In this document: positions 37,704 to 48,386 of the stretch, in pieces
Numbering within the stretch: the stretch's first letter is position 1
Layout: each line of letters opens with the position of its first letter
Source: Candidatus Krumholzibacteriia bacterium
Lineage (GTDB): Bacteria; Krumholzibacteriota; Krumholzibacteriia; JAJRXK01
Length of the DNA stretch: 64,000 nucleotides
Direction of reading: 5' to 3'
Assembly (NCBI GenBank): GCA_041484665.1
Contig: JBGPIA010000004.1
Coordinates: 128,001 to 192,000, forward strand
The notes under the pieces: generated by a model
Database searches by the model: none
Seen by the model: the letters and a program-made list of their open reading frames with translations, nothing else
Told to the model about the DNA's origin: nothing
Position numbers and translations under genes: made by a program

Positions 37704-40700
37704 CTACGCGTGCACCTGCTCGCGGTAGGCGGCGAGCACCGGACGCAACCGGTCCAGCTCGCCCTGGAGAGTGAGCAGCGCTGCGGGCGCCTCCTCCAAC
37801 TGCCCTTGCCGACCCATCGTCTCCAGCCGCCGCGCCGCCTCGGTTGCCGCCCGCGCGGCGAAGTTGCTGACCGCACCCTTCAGCTGGTGGGCCGCCGCGT
37901 GGAGCGCGATCGGGTCGCCGCGCTCGACCGCGGTCCGCACCGCCGACAGACGCTCGTCGACGCCGTCGAGGAAGGCCGTCGCCAACTCGGCCAGCAGCGC
38001 GCGATCGCCGTCTAGGCGAGCGAGTAACTCCGCGGCGTCGACCGCCGGTGGCGCGACGGCCGTTGCTTCGGCGTTCGTGGCAGTGGCGTTCTCGTCCATG
38101 GCGTTCGTCCCTTCGGGGTGGGTTGCCGCGGTGTCTGTCGCGTCGGCGGTCGTTGTGGTGACGCTGGCTGCCGTGGCGCTGATTGCTGCGTGGTTTGTTG
38201 GCGCGGCGTGCTGGGACGACGCAAGCACTTCATCGATCACCGCGAAGAGCGCCCGCGAGCGGACCGGCTTGGCGATGTACGAGTCCATGCCGGCGTCCAG
38301 GCACGCCTCGCGATCGCCGTGCATCGCGTTCGCCGTCAGAGCAATGATCGGAAGGTGGCCCCCCGTGGCAGCCTCGCGCTCGCGGATCCGGCGGGCTGCC
38401 TCGGTGCCGCTCATGACGGGCATCTGCATATCCATCAGGACGACGTCGTAGGTCGCGCGCTCGAGCGCCTCGAGAGCGCGCTGGCCGTTCTCGACGACCT
38501 CCACCCGGTGGCCCGCTTTCTCCAGCAGACGCGCCGCCACCACCTGGTTGACCGGATTGTCCTCGGCCAGCAGGACGCGCAGCGGCTCCCGTGCGCTGCC
38601 CCGCTCGGGCGCGGGAGCGGCCCGCTCGTCGGGCCAGCGCTGCGGCTGTTCGAGGGCCTGCAGCACGGCATCGAGCAGGTTCGATGCACGGTAGGGCTTC
38701 GGCAGCCACGACACCCCCAGCTCGCGCGTCTGACGAGCGGCGCGCATGTCGCCCGCGGGGATCAGCAGCAGGAAGTTGTCCGGCGGCAACGCACACTGTT
38801 CTGCGATGGCACGGGTCGCCGCCAGGCCCTCCCGCCCGGGGAGATTCACGTCGACGAGCACCAGTCCGAATGGGCGATCCTCCCGCCGTGCCAGCTCGAT
38901 CGCGGCGCACCCCGCGGCGGCGTCGGCCACGAACGTCGCGTCGATCCGCCAGCCACCCATGAGCTCCTGCAGCACGGCGCAGTGCGACGGATGGTCCTCC
39001 ACCACCAGGATGGGCGTTCCGGCGAGGGCGGCCTGCGAGCGCGACGCATCCAGCGTCGCGGATTCGCCGGGCGTGGGTTCCTCCTGAGCAGGGGCAGGGG
39101 CGGCCGGTCCGAAGCGCGCGGTGAAGTGGAACGTGCTGCCCCTGCCCAGCTCGCTCTCGACCCAGATCGCCCCACCCATCAGCTGCGTGAGACGCCGCGA
39201 GATGGCCAGGCCCAATCCGCTACCGCCGTAGCGGCGCGTGATCGAGGCGTCCCCCTGGGAAAAGACCTCGAAAACGCGGTCGCGCAGCTCGGCGGCGATT
39301 CCGATCCCAGTATCGCGCACGGAGAAGCGAAGGGTTGTCGCCCCGCTCGCCTCCTCGCCCCCCGCAGCAGCGTCCCGTGGGCCGCGCCCCGCTGGATCGG
39401 CATCCGGATCGGAACCCCCCTTTAGACCGGGCGTGGATTGCGCCGGCGGCTCGAGCCGTGTGTCGACGAACACCTCGCCCTGCTCGGTGAACTTGATGGC
39501 GTTGCCGATCAGGTTCACCAGGATCTGGCGCAGGCGCCCGGGATCGCCCACCACCCTGGCGGGCACGTCGGACCGCACGCGCGCCCCGATCTCCAGCCCC
39601 TTGCCGTGCGCCCGCACGCCCAGGATGCGCAGGGACTCCGCTACGGTCTCGCGCACGTCGAACTCCACCGCCTCCAGCTCCAGCCGGCCCGCCTCCACCT
39701 TGGAGATGTCGAGGATGTCGTTGATGAGCGTGAGCAGCCCGTCGGCCGAAGACTCCACCAGCTGGAGGTACTCGCGCTGCTCGTCGCTGAGAGCCGTGCC
39801 CAGCACGAGCTCGGTCATGCCCACGATGCCGTTCATCGGGGTGCGGATCTCGTGGCTCATATTGGCCAGGAACTCGGACTTTGCCCGGGCGGCGGCCTCG
39901 GCCTTCTCCTTGGCGGTACTGAGGTTGGAGTTGAGGGCGCGCAGCTCGCCCGTGCGTTGCGCCACCTGCTCCTCGAGGCTCGCCCGGTGGCGCTGGAGCT
40001 CCCTGTCACGCGCCTGGACGATGGCGAGCATCTCGTTGAACCCTGCCACCAGCAGGCCCAACTCGTCGCGGCTCTCACCCCGCACGCGCACCGAGTAGTC
40101 CTTCTTCGTCGACACGCGCTTCATGGTCTGCGACAGGCTGACCAGCGGGCCAGTGATCCGGGAGACCAGGCGCCGTGCGCCCACGAAGGCAGAGACGGAA
40201 AGCACCAACAGGAGCGCCAGGGACATCGACGCAACACGGCGGACCCACGCCGTCTCGTCACTGAGATTGCTGCGGATGAACACCGTTCCGATGGGCTCGC
40301 CCTGGAAAACGACGGTGCGGAAGACCTCGATGCGCCCGAGCACACGCCGGTGGCCGTTGGGCTGAGGCGGCGGGGGCGCCCAGGCAGCCTCGCCGGCCGT
40401 TCGCACGTAGGTTCCCAGCGGGGACGTGTCGATCCGGTAGACGCAGGCCGCGTCCACGCTCTCCTTCACCTGCAGGGCGGAGAGCGTCTCGATTGCCGCC
40501 CTGCGGTCGTCGAATTCGAGGGCGGCGGCGCAGTTGCGCCCGATCACGTCGGCCAGCGTGGTCAGGTCCCGCACGAGCGTGCGGTGCAGCATGACCCGCT
40601 CGCTGGCGACGAAGGCCGTGAACGCCAGCAGCAGGACGGCGCTACTGATCCCAGCGGTCAGGAACGTGAGCTTGTGGGTGATCGATGACTCGCGTAGCCC

Positions 40701-40721
40701 GCGCATCTCAGTCCTGTCCAA
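37704..40721 (-). CDS. Hybrid sensor histidine kinase (YfiN-like periplasmic sensor, HAMP, HisKA, HATPase, 2xREC, Hpt)
   Basis: AALEFDD sensor; [52 protein letters not shown]. Start 40721 or 40706. Confidence 0.93.
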   Translation of the reverse strand: MDRTEMRGLRESSITHKLTFLTAGISSAVLLLAFTAFVASERVMLHRTLVRDLTTLADVIGRNCAAALEFDDRRAAIETLSALQVKESVDAACVYRIDTSPLGTYVRTAGEAAWAPPPPQPNGHRRVLGRIEVFRTVVFQGEPIGTVFIRSNLSDETAWVRRVASMSLALLLVLSVSAFVGARRLVSRITGPLVSLSQTMKRVSTKKDYSVRVRGESRDELGLLVAGFNEMLAIVQARDRELQRHRASLEEQVAQRTGELRALNSNLSTAKEKAEAAARAKSEFLANMSHEIRTPMNGIVGMTELVLGTALSDEQREYLQLVESSADGLLTLINDILDISKVEAGRLELEAVEFDVRETVAESLRILGVRAHGKGLEIGARVRSDVPARVVGDPGRLRQILVNLIGNAIKFTEQGEVFVDTRLEPPAQSTPGLKGGSDPDADPAGRGPRDAAAGGEEASGATTLRFSVRDTGIGIAAELRDRVFEVFSQGDASITRRYGGSGLGLAISRRLTQLMGGAIWVESELGRGSTFHFTARFGPAAPAPAQEEPTPGESATLDASRSQAALAGTPILVVEDHPSHCAVLQELMGGWRIDATFVADAAAGCAAIELARREDRPFGLVLVDVNLPGREGLAATRAIAEQCALPPDNFLLLIPAGDMRAARQTRELGVSWLPKPYRASNLLDAVLQALEQPQRWPDERAAPAPERGSAREPLRVLLAEDNPVNQVVAARLLEKAGHRVEVVENGQRALEALERATYDVVLMDMQMPVMSGTEAARRIREREAATGGHLPIIALTANAMHGDREACLDAGMDSYIAKPVRSRALFAVIDEVLASSQHAAPTNHAAISATAASVTTTTADATDTAATHPEGTNAMDENATATNAEATAVAPPAVDAAELLARLDGDRALLAELATAFLDGVDERLSAVRTAVERGDPIALHAAAHQLKGAVSNFAARAATEAARRLETMGRQGQLEEAPAALLTLQGELDRLRPVLAAYREQVHA

Positions 40722-41415
40722 GCGCTTCCCGGCCCCGCCGCACGCGGGCCAGGCGCAAGAGCTGGGAGCTGATTCCCAGCTTCGCGCGTTCGGCGTTCTC
40801 CACGTCGATCTCGAAGCGGAGCTTGTTGTCCTGGAAGAAGAAGCCGAGCACCCCCCCCGATTCCGTGAACTCCTCGGCCTCGCCCACGGTCAGCACGGGG
40901 AGCCCGGCGAGCCCCGCGAGCAGGGGTTTCATCCAGTCCTGAGGCGCGCCGCCGATGAAGAGGACGTCGCACGGCTGCGTGACCTGGGGGCCGGCAAAGC
41001 GTTGGACGTGCAGCGTCCGCCCATTGCTCTGTTTGCCCTCGATCGACGCGAGCGTTGCGTAGAGGGAATCGTCGGCCACCACGCCGATGGTGATGGCGCG
41101 CGAGCTGTCGCCGGCCGCCCCGGCAGGCCATTCCACGAACCTCGTGAAGTTGAACAGGTACGCCGCCATCAGCTGGGATTTCGAGGTGACCCTCGCCGTG
41201 GCCGGCGGCGCGGGCTCCGCGGACGCGCACGGCGCGAGCCCTGCCAACGCGGCCAGCAGCAGCACCACCTCGCCCACCACCGTCGCCGCCGCCTTGAGGG
41301 GCATCCCGCGCAAGGGCGCAGCGTGGCCCAGCATGACCGAGGGCGAGAGCGGCGCCGGCCGTGGTGGGCGAGCCGGGCATCCCGGCGGCTGGGCGCTGAT
41401 GCGGCGTGCGCTCAT
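40708..41415 (-). CDS. YfiR/HmsC (DUF4154) family periplasmic protein
   Basis: [29 protein letters not shown]. Confidence 0.9.
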   Translation of the reverse strand: MSARRISAQPPGCPARPPRPAPLSPSVMLGHAAPLRGMPLKAAATVVGEVVLLLAALAGLAPCASAEPAPPATARVTSKSQLMAAYLFNFTRFVEWPAGAAGDSSRAITIGVVADDSLYATLASIEGKQSNGRTLHVQRFAGPQVTQPCDVLFIGGAPQDWMKPLLAGLAGLPVLTVGEAEEFTESGGVLGFFFQDNKLRFEIDVENAERAKLGISSQLLRLARVRRGREALGQD

Positions 41416-43490
41416 CAGAATTGCAGGGTCGCCTGTCCGAAGACGGTGCGCGGGATCTCGGTCGGGTACTGCAGCAGATCGGTGCCGGCCTCACGATGGC
41501 GGCCCTGCAGCGCATTCGTCACGCCGGCGGAGAGCGAAATCCCCGGCACGAGAGCGAATCCAAGCCGGCTGTCGAGCCGGACGTAGTCGTCCACCTGCCA
41601 CGCGGAGACCTTTCCGACGTAGTAGGTCGCCAGGTCGAGTTGGAGACGGTCGGTGACATCGAGGTAGGAGCGCAGGTTGAGCTGGAAGCGTGGCGCCGCG
41701 GAGGACGTCTGTACGCTCCGCTGGTCCGCCGATGACGGGTCGAGCACGAAGTGCATCTGCAGCCAGGTTGCTGCCCCGGCGAGCCGCCAGGTGCGCAGAG
41801 CGTGCCACTCGAAGGCGGCCTCGGCGCCGTACGTGTCGCCCCGCAGCTTGTTCTCCACGTAGATGGGGAACACCGTGTGCGCCGGTGATGGCGTGCCCTC
41901 CTGGAACGGAGCCCCCGGTTCTGTCGTCTGCAGGTTGTCGTAGCGATTGAAGAATGCCGTCAGGTCGAGCGAGATGTCGGAAGCGGGCGACGTGCGATAG
42001 CCCACCTCGTAGGCCGTCAGCGCCTCCTGCTTCACATCGGGGTTGCCGAAGAAACCGGACACCCCAGTACCGCCTCCGGGGAGCGGGAAGGCCGGGAGAT
42101 TGATGCGCGCGTGGCGTTCCATCTGCGACGGAGTCCGGACTGCGTGCGAAAGCGCGGTCCACGCGCTCGCGTGGGTCCCGATGGCCCAGAGCAAGCGGAC
42201 ATTGGGCTGCACCGCGGAGCCGGTCTCCTGCTCGTACTCGAACTTCGAGCCCAGGGTGAGCCTCAGCTTGTCGTGCAGCAGCGGGAGCATCGCCTGCCCG
42301 AAGACGTTGAACAGATCGTCATCCTGCGCAGCTCCGTCGGTGCTGATCGTCCAGGTGTCGCCGATCCCGAACCACTCGTGTCGATAGCCGAGGCCCCACA
42401 GCAGCTCGTTCCCCGCGCCCAGTCGGAGACGGTGCTGGAAATCGAAGTTGAGGATGTCCATCGACTGGCGCGCGAGCACCTCGTCGCGCTCGAGCCCCTC
42501 GTAGGAACCGACGAGACTCAGCTCGGACGTGGGTGAGATCGTGTGATCCCAGCGCCCCAACGTCGACCAGCCCCACACGTTCGCGCGGTCCAGGATGGGC
42601 TGCTGGTAGGGCGGGTCCAACAGTGAGAGCGACTGCATGCTGTTGATCCTGCCCCGATAGCCCTCACCCGTGAATTCCACGGCGTCGCGCCGCGTCGGCT
42701 GCCAGTCAATGCGGGCCCGCCCACGTCCCATCCGCCAGGTGTCGGGCGTGTCGACGCCGGCGGCGTCGACCAGGCCATCCTGCTCGAAGTACTTCGCGTA
42801 GACGCGATAGGCCGCCGCGCGTCCCATGGTGCCGCCCGCGTGCGCCACGCCAAACGCCGGGTCGTCCGGCCCACCACCCCCCTCGACGCTGTACTCGCGG
42901 GCCGGGGTGGCCTTCTTCGTGATGACGTTGATCACACCATTCACCGCGTTGGCGCCCCACAACGTGCCACCCGGGCCGCGGACGACCTCGATGCGCTCGA
43001 TCTCGGAGACCGGCAGGTCCTGCATCTCCCAGTACACGCCCGAGAAGAGCCGCGTGTACACCGAACGGCTGTCGATCAGCACGAGCATCTTGTTCGCCCA
43101 GCGCCAATTGAATCCGCGCGCGCTGATCGCCCACTTGCTGGCGTCGATACGAGCCACTTCCAGCCCCGGCGCCAGTCGCAGCACGTCGGGCAGGCTGCGC
43201 GCCCCGCTGCGCCGGATGTCCTCCTGCGTGATGACGTAGACGGCCGCGGGAGCGTCGGAGATCTTCTGCCGCTTCTTCGACACGGAGGTGACCTCGATGT
43301 TCATGAGGTCCTCCAGCGGGAGATCGCTGAGTGCCTGGACTCCGGCGGAGTCGGCTCCCGCGCCCGATTGCACGGATGTCTGCTCCGCGGCCGCGGTGCC
43401 CCCCGGCGCAACGGACGCGCCTGCCAGGATGGAAGAGACGAGCAGCCCGCTGACCGTGCGGGCGCATGCCGTGATTCGGATCTGCCGCAT
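41415..43490 (-). CDS. TonB-dependent receptor
   Basis: LEDLMNIEVTSVSK, plug IERIEVVRGPGGTLWGANAVNGVINVIT, C-terminal Phe. Confidence 0.93.
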   Translation of the reverse strand: MRQIRITACARTVSGLLVSSILAGASVAPGGTAAAEQTSVQSGAGADSAGVQALSDLPLEDLMNIEVTSVSKKRQKISDAPAAVYVITQEDIRRSGARSLPDVLRLAPGLEVARIDASKWAISARGFNWRWANKMLVLIDSRSVYTRLFSGVYWEMQDLPVSEIERIEVVRGPGGTLWGANAVNGVINVITKKATPAREYSVEGGGGPDDPAFGVAHAGGTMGRAAAYRVYAKYFEQDGLVDAAGVDTPDTWRMGRGRARIDWQPTRRDAVEFTGEGYRGRINSMQSLSLLDPPYQQPILDRANVWGWSTLGRWDHTISPTSELSLVGSYEGLERDEVLARQSMDILNFDFQHRLRLGAGNELLWGLGYRHEWFGIGDTWTISTDGAAQDDDLFNVFGQAMLPLLHDKLRLTLGSKFEYEQETGSAVQPNVRLLWAIGTHASAWTALSHAVRTPSQMERHARINLPAFPLPGGGTGVSGFFGNPDVKQEALTAYEVGYRTSPASDISLDLTAFFNRYDNLQTTEPGAPFQEGTPSPAHTVFPIYVENKLRGDTYGAEAAFEWHALRTWRLAGAATWLQMHFVLDPSSADQRSVQTSSAAPRFQLNLRSYLDVTDRLQLDLATYYVGKVSAWQVDDYVRLDSRLGFALVPGISLSAGVTNALQGRHREAGTDLLQYPTEIPRTVFGQATLQF

Positions 43491-43689
43491 GGCGTTCTCC
43501 CGGTTCGGGACGGATCGGGCCCTCTTCCGGTTTCGGCAGCCATGGAACGGGATTGAGCTGTTTCCCAGGGAGGTCCGTGACCGTACCTCGTTGGTGCGGG
43601 CCGACTTCGGCAGATCTTGCAGCCAGGGGAAGGCACGCGGGCGCCGGCGGGTGGTGGAATCCCTGCGCAGCCCCGGCTAGAATGGCGCC

Positions 43690-44919
43690 ATGCGGACGTC
43701 GCTGAATGTGATTTTCACCGCGCCCTTCTTCGCGCCGACCACGCTGCGCTTCATCGAGTCGGTGGCCGATCTGCCCGGCGTGCGCCTGCGGCTGGTCAGC
43801 CAGGACCCCCTCGACCGACTCCCCCACGGCCTGGCCGTCAAACTGGCTGCCCACCATCGGGTCGAGGACGGGCTGAACGCCGATCAGATCGGCGTCGCCG
43901 TCGTCAAGCTCTCGCAGCGGCTGGGTGCCGTCCACCGCCTGCTGGGCACCCTCGAGGAGCTGCAGATTCCCCTGGCCGAGATCCGCCAACAGCTGCGCAT
44001 CGACGGGATGGGCGTCGACGCCGCGCGCAACTTCCGGGACAAGTCGCAGATGAAGGACGTGCTGCGCGCGGCCGGCATTCCGTGCGCCCGCCACCAGCTC
44101 GCGACCAGCTCCCCGCAGGCCCTGGAGTTCGTGCAGCAGATCGGGCTGCCGGTGATCGCCAAGCCGCCCGCCGGGGCGGGCGCGCGCAACACGTTCCGTG
44201 TGGAGCAATTCACGCAGCTGCAGGAGCTGCTGGCGGCCATGCCGCCGTCACCGGAGCGGCCCCTGCTCGTCGAGGAGTTCATCGTCGGCGACGAGCACTC
44301 CTTCGACAGCGTGATGCTGGCGGGCAAGCCGGTGTGGCACGCTGTCAGCCACTACTTCCCGGGCCCCCTGACCGTGCTCGAGAACCCGTGGATCCAGTGG
44401 GTCGTGGTCTACCCGCGCGAGGCCGAGCACGCGCGCTACTCGGACATCCGTGCGATCGCCTTCAAGTCGCTGCAGGCGCTGGGGATGGTGACGGGACTCT
44501 CGCACATGGAGTGGTTCCGCCGCCGCGACGGGAGCGTGGCCGTCTCCGAGGTGGGGGCGCGCCCGCCAGGGGCCCAGTTCACCACGCTGATGTCCTACGC
44601 CAACGACTTCGACCTGTACGCGGCGTGGGCGCGGCTGATGGTCAAAGACGAGTTCGTCCCACCGCTGCGCAAGTACGCCGCAGGCGCCGCCTTCCTGCGT
44701 GGCCAGGGCGAGGGCCGCGTCGTGGCGATCCACGGCTTGGACGAGGCGCAGCGCGACGTGAGCGGCCTGGTCGTCGAGGTGAAGCTGCCGCGCGCGGGGC
44801 AGGCTGCATCGAGCACCTACGAGGGCGACGGATACGTGATCGTGCGGCACCCCGATACCGAGGTGGTCGAGATGGCGCTGCGGCGCCTCGTCAGCAAAGT
44901 GCGCGTCGAGCTGGGCTAG
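43690..44919 (+). CDS. ATP-grasp ligase, paralog B
   Basis: FRDKSQMK, PVIAKPPAGAG, VEEFIVGDE, HMEWF, EVGARPPG. Confidence 0.9.
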   Translation: MRTSLNVIFTAPFFAPTTLRFIESVADLPGVRLRLVSQDPLDRLPHGLAVKLAAHHRVEDGLNADQIGVAVVKLSQRLGAVHRLLGTLEELQIPLAEIRQQLRIDGMGVDAARNFRDKSQMKDVLRAAGIPCARHQLATSSPQALEFVQQIGLPVIAKPPAGAGARNTFRVEQFTQLQELLAAMPPSPERPLLVEEFIVGDEHSFDSVMLAGKPVWHAVSHYFPGPLTVLENPWIQWVVVYPREAEHARYSDIRAIAFKSLQALGMVTGLSHMEWFRRRDGSVAVSEVGARPPGAQFTTLMSYANDFDLYAAWARLMVKDEFVPPLRKYAAGAAFLRGQGEGRVVAIHGLDEAQRDVSGLVVEVKLPRAGQAASSTYEGDGYVIVRHPDTEVVEMALRRLVSKVRVELG

Positions 44920-44946
44920 CGGTCAACGCAGTCCGGCGGAGGCACG

Positions 44947-46170
44947 ATGAGCCGTAATGTGTTGATGCTCTCCCCGGGGTTCCCCCCGGAGATGCCTTTC
45001 TTCACGCGCGGGCTTTCCCGCGTGGGCGCGCGGGTGATCGGTTTGGGGGACCAGCCGGTGGGGTCGCTGGCGCCCGTGGCGCGCGAGCACCTCGCCGACT
45101 ACATCCAGGCTCCCATCGCCGACGAGCGGGCCGTGCTGGCGCAGGTGCGCCAGTACCACACGACGCGCGCCCGCTTCGATCGCGTGGAGTGCAACTGGGA
45201 GCCGCTCATGGTGTTGGCGGCCCGGCTGCGCGAGTCGCTCGGCGTGCCCGGGATGGGCGTCGAGCAGACGATCCTCTTCCGGGACAAGGAGCAGATGAAG
45301 CAGGTGCTCGACGCGGCCGGCATCCGCACGCCGCGCCACGCCAGCGCGAAGAGCGTGGGCGCGGTGCTGGAGGCCGCCGCCTACGTCGGGTATCCGCTGA
45401 TCCTCAAGCCGATCGCCGGCGCCGGCTCGAAGGACACCTACCGGGTCGAGAGCCGCCACGAGCTCGACTTGACCCTGCGCCGCATGGGCCACGTGGAGGA
45501 GGTTAGCGTCGAGGAGTTCATCGAGGGCGAGGACTGGACCTTCGACACGGTGTGCGCCGGCGGCCGCATCGAGTTCTTCAACCTGTGCTTCTATCGGCCG
45601 CGGGCGCTGTTGGCGCGCCAGCACCAGTGGATCAGCCCGCAGACCATCGCGATCCGCAACGTCGACCAGCCCGACCTGGAGCCCGGCCGCACGATGGGCC
45701 GCGCGGTGCTGAAAGCGCTGGGCTTCCAGACCGGATTCACCCATATGGAGTGGTATCGCAAGCCCGATGGCGAGGCCGTCTTCGGCGAGATTGCCGCGCG
45801 GCCGCCCGGCGCGCACACCGTGGACCTGATGAACTTCGCGTGCGACATCGATCTCTACCAGGGCTGGGCCGAGGCCGTCTGCAACGGGAGCTTTACGCAG
45901 CGCGTCGAGCGCAAGTACAACTCGGCGTGGATCTTCAAGCGGGCGCAAGGCTCGGGGCGCATCCAGCGCGTCGAGGGGTTGGGGCCACTGATGGCCGAGT
46001 TCGGCGAGTGGATCGTGTGGGTGGATCTGCTGCCCGTGGGCGCACCGCGCCGCGACTGGATCCAGACTCTCATCAGCGACGGGATGCTGATCGTCCGCCA
46101 CCCGGACCTGAGCCGCTGCATGGAGATCGCCGATGCGGTGGGGACCAGGCTGCAGATCTGGGCGGGATGA
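44947..46170 (+). CDS. ATP-grasp ligase, paralog C
   Basis: FRDKEQMK, GYPLILKPIAGAG, VEEFIEGED, HMEWY, EIAARPPG; RBS GGAGG. Confidence 0.9.
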   Translation: MSRNVLMLSPGFPPEMPFFTRGLSRVGARVIGLGDQPVGSLAPVAREHLADYIQAPIADERAVLAQVRQYHTTRARFDRVECNWEPLMVLAARLRESLGVPGMGVEQTILFRDKEQMKQVLDAAGIRTPRHASAKSVGAVLEAAAYVGYPLILKPIAGAGSKDTYRVESRHELDLTLRRMGHVEEVSVEEFIEGEDWTFDTVCAGGRIEFFNLCFYRPRALLARQHQWISPQTIAIRNVDQPDLEPGRTMGRAVLKALGFQTGFTHMEWYRKPDGEAVFGEIAARPPGAHTVDLMNFACDIDLYQGWAEAVCNGSFTQRVERKYNSAWIFKRAQGSGRIQRVEGLGPLMAEFGEWIVWVDLLPVGAPRRDWIQTLISDGMLIVRHPDLSRCMEIADAVGTRLQIWAG

Positions 46171-46256
46171 GACGCGGGACTTTAGACCGCGCCCGGATCG
46201 CGGTCTCGACCGAGAGTCGCGACGACCCCCCGGGCGTCGCTCCCTGGAACCGGACG

Positions 46257-48386
46257 TCATCGCCCATGTGACCGCCCCGGTGTCGCCTTCGAGGCGATGA
46301 TGTCCCCCAACACGTCCGCTGTGCCCTCCACCCGCTTGAGCCGTGCGTACCTCTCCCCCCCCGAATACTCCAGCTTGCAGGTCTTGTAGAACTCCGCATT
46401 CTCCACCAGCAGCTCGAGCGGCCGCCCGCGCGTCTTCGTCTCGCGGATCGCCTCGCGCAGGACCTTCCTGCTCCACTTGCGTCCATTCACGGCCACCAGC
46501 TTCGTCCCCGGCACCATACCTGCCCGCGCCGCGGGCAGATCGGGGATCACGTCGAGGATCGTGCCGTCCTCCTTCACGGTGATCCCGATGGAGAAGCGCA
46601 GATCGGTATTCTTGGCGGCCTCCTCCACCGACTTGAGCCACGGTGGGATGCTGTCGGTGTAGGCCAGAGCCCAACCGGCCTTCTCGAGGCCGCCCAGCGG
46701 CGCGTGCGCCTGCAGCTGGTCGAGGCGAGCATGCAGGAATCCGCGCCAATCGTAGTGCGCCACGCGGTCGAGCGCCGCCACGACGTCGTCGAGGATGTAC
46801 GGCATGACCTTGGGCAGGCCGCTCTCTCCGCCGAAGAACAACCGGCAGAAATCGTCCAGGCTGCGCGCGCCGCCGGACTGCTCGCGGATGATCGTGTCGG
46901 TCTCCAGCCAGATGAGCGATCCTTCGGGATAGAAGTCGGTATCGCGCCGCCAGGACGTGCCGTCGTCGCGCGCTTCGTACAAGAGCTGCGCAGCCACCGC
47001 CGTGTCCAGGAGCGGCCGCCACTGGCGGCCCTTCTGGTACTCCATCGCGGCGGCCGTCGTCGCGAGCGCGTCGCGGTACTCCTGCGCCGTCAGCAGCCCG
47101 CTGCGGGCGGTCAGGATGTTCCCCAGATACGTCGTGAGTCCCTCGTACACCCAGAGCAGATCGCCGTGCATCGGCACATCGAAGCTGTCGACACCGAGGT
47201 CGGCCGGGCGGCGGTACTTGCCGTTCCACGAGTGGGTCATCTCGTGCGGCAGCAGCCCCGCCATGCGGCGGCGCAGATCGTCGTCGATGAGAGAGCGCTC
47301 GGCAACGCGGTCGTCGCTGGACTCGTGGTGCTCCAGGCCGAAGTGGGCGGTGTGGTCCGACAGTGTCAGCAGGAAGGTGTAGCTGCGGAAGTGGTGCGCG
47401 CCGAACAGCGTCTGCTCCTCCGTCACCAGTTTCTTCCACCCTGCGATCTGTGCGGGCGTCGCCTCGAGCGCCGCGTCACTGTCGGCGGCGATGCAGATGC
47501 GCACCGGTGGGTCCGTGCTCAGCTCGATCGTGCGGAAGTGGTCGCCGGCCAGCACCGGCGAGTCCACCAGCGTCGTGAGCGACGCGGGCTCGAAATGCAC
47601 CGGCCCCGCGCCGGCCGCCATCATCTTATCGCCCAGCGCCGCGGGCGGTAGTGCCGTCCCGTGCTTCCAGCCTTCAGGCAGCGTCACGGAGGCCGCGTAC
47701 GTCAGGTCGTCGGTCTTGGCGCCCTTGGGGTACAGCAGCACCTGGTTCCAGCTCAACAACGCCAGGTGCTCGGTGATGGAGGCGCCCGACGAGTACCCCG
47801 GCGCGTCCGGTGGCGAGAGGAAATCCAACTCGGCCTCCACTCGGTCGGCGCCTGGCGGCACGTCGAGGTGCAGGGCGTACATGTCCTCGTCGTCGCGCCG
47901 CCACGGCAGGGTCGTGCCCGCCGCGGTGAACCGCAGGCCGGCGAGGTCGGTGATGGGACCGTTGGGCGCATGCTCGCCGGGCAACCACTTCGGATAGGCC
48001 AGCGTCATCGGCCCGGGCCTGGCCGGCAGCGTCAGCTTCGCGTGCAGGATGCGGCGGGGCGCCTCGCGGGCGTCCAGTTCCAGGGTCGCGGGAGGCGTAG
48101 CCTGCGCCGCCGCGGCCGTCGCAGGGGTGGCGGGCGCGACCGCCGGGATTGCCTTCGGGGTTGCCGCCTCTGCAGCCGCCTGGGCCCTTGGCGGGGATGC
48201 CGGTGGGGATTCGGCGGGGAAATCCGCTACGGCCCCCGCAGCCCAGGCGCACCCGCGTGGCCCGCCGACGCGGGCCGGACCGACGAAACACCAGGGCCCT
48301 GCAGGGATCGAACCGAGAGTGGACAGGACGACGAAAAGTGCGGAAGCGCGCCGCGCCTGCCGACGAGGTTGAGACGAGGAATCCAT
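46257..48386 (-). CDS. M61 glycyl aminopeptidase with C-terminal PDZ domain (start approximate)
   Basis: PKWLPGEH, GLEHHESS, PHEMTHSWNG, WVYEGLTTY; PDZ PAARAGM..G..LVAVNG. Confidence 0.92.
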   Translation of the reverse strand: MDSSSQPRRQARRASALFVVLSTLGSIPAGPWCFVGPARVGGPRGCAWAAGAVADFPAESPPASPPRAQAAAEAATPKAIPAVAPATPATAAAAQATPPATLELDAREAPRRILHAKLTLPARPGPMTLAYPKWLPGEHAPNGPITDLAGLRFTAAGTTLPWRRDDEDMYALHLDVPPGADRVEAELDFLSPPDAPGYSSGASITEHLALLSWNQVLLYPKGAKTDDLTYAASVTLPEGWKHGTALPPAALGDKMMAAGAGPVHFEPASLTTLVDSPVLAGDHFRTIELSTDPPVRICIAADSDAALEATPAQIAGWKKLVTEEQTLFGAHHFRSYTFLLTLSDHTAHFGLEHHESSDDRVAERSLIDDDLRRRMAGLLPHEMTHSWNGKYRRPADLGVDSFDVPMHGDLLWVYEGLTTYLGNILTARSGLLTAQEYRDALATTAAAMEYQKGRQWRPLLDTAVAAQLLYEARDDGTSWRRDTDFYPEGSLIWLETDTIIREQSGGARSLDDFCRLFFGGESGLPKVMPYILDDVVAALDRVAHYDWRGFLHARLDQLQAHAPLGGLEKAGWALAYTDSIPPWLKSVEEAAKNTDLRFSIGITVKEDGTILDVIPDLPAARAGMVPGTKLVAVNGRKWSRKVLREAIRETKTRGRPLELLVENAEFYKTCKLEYSGGERYARLKRVEGTADVLGDIIASKATPGRSHGR

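Noticed and set aside
30033..46170. Graspetide (ATP-grasp RiPP) cluster
   Set aside because: No short repeat-rich precursor ORF; ligases resemble amino-acid-ligase types, not MvdC/D.
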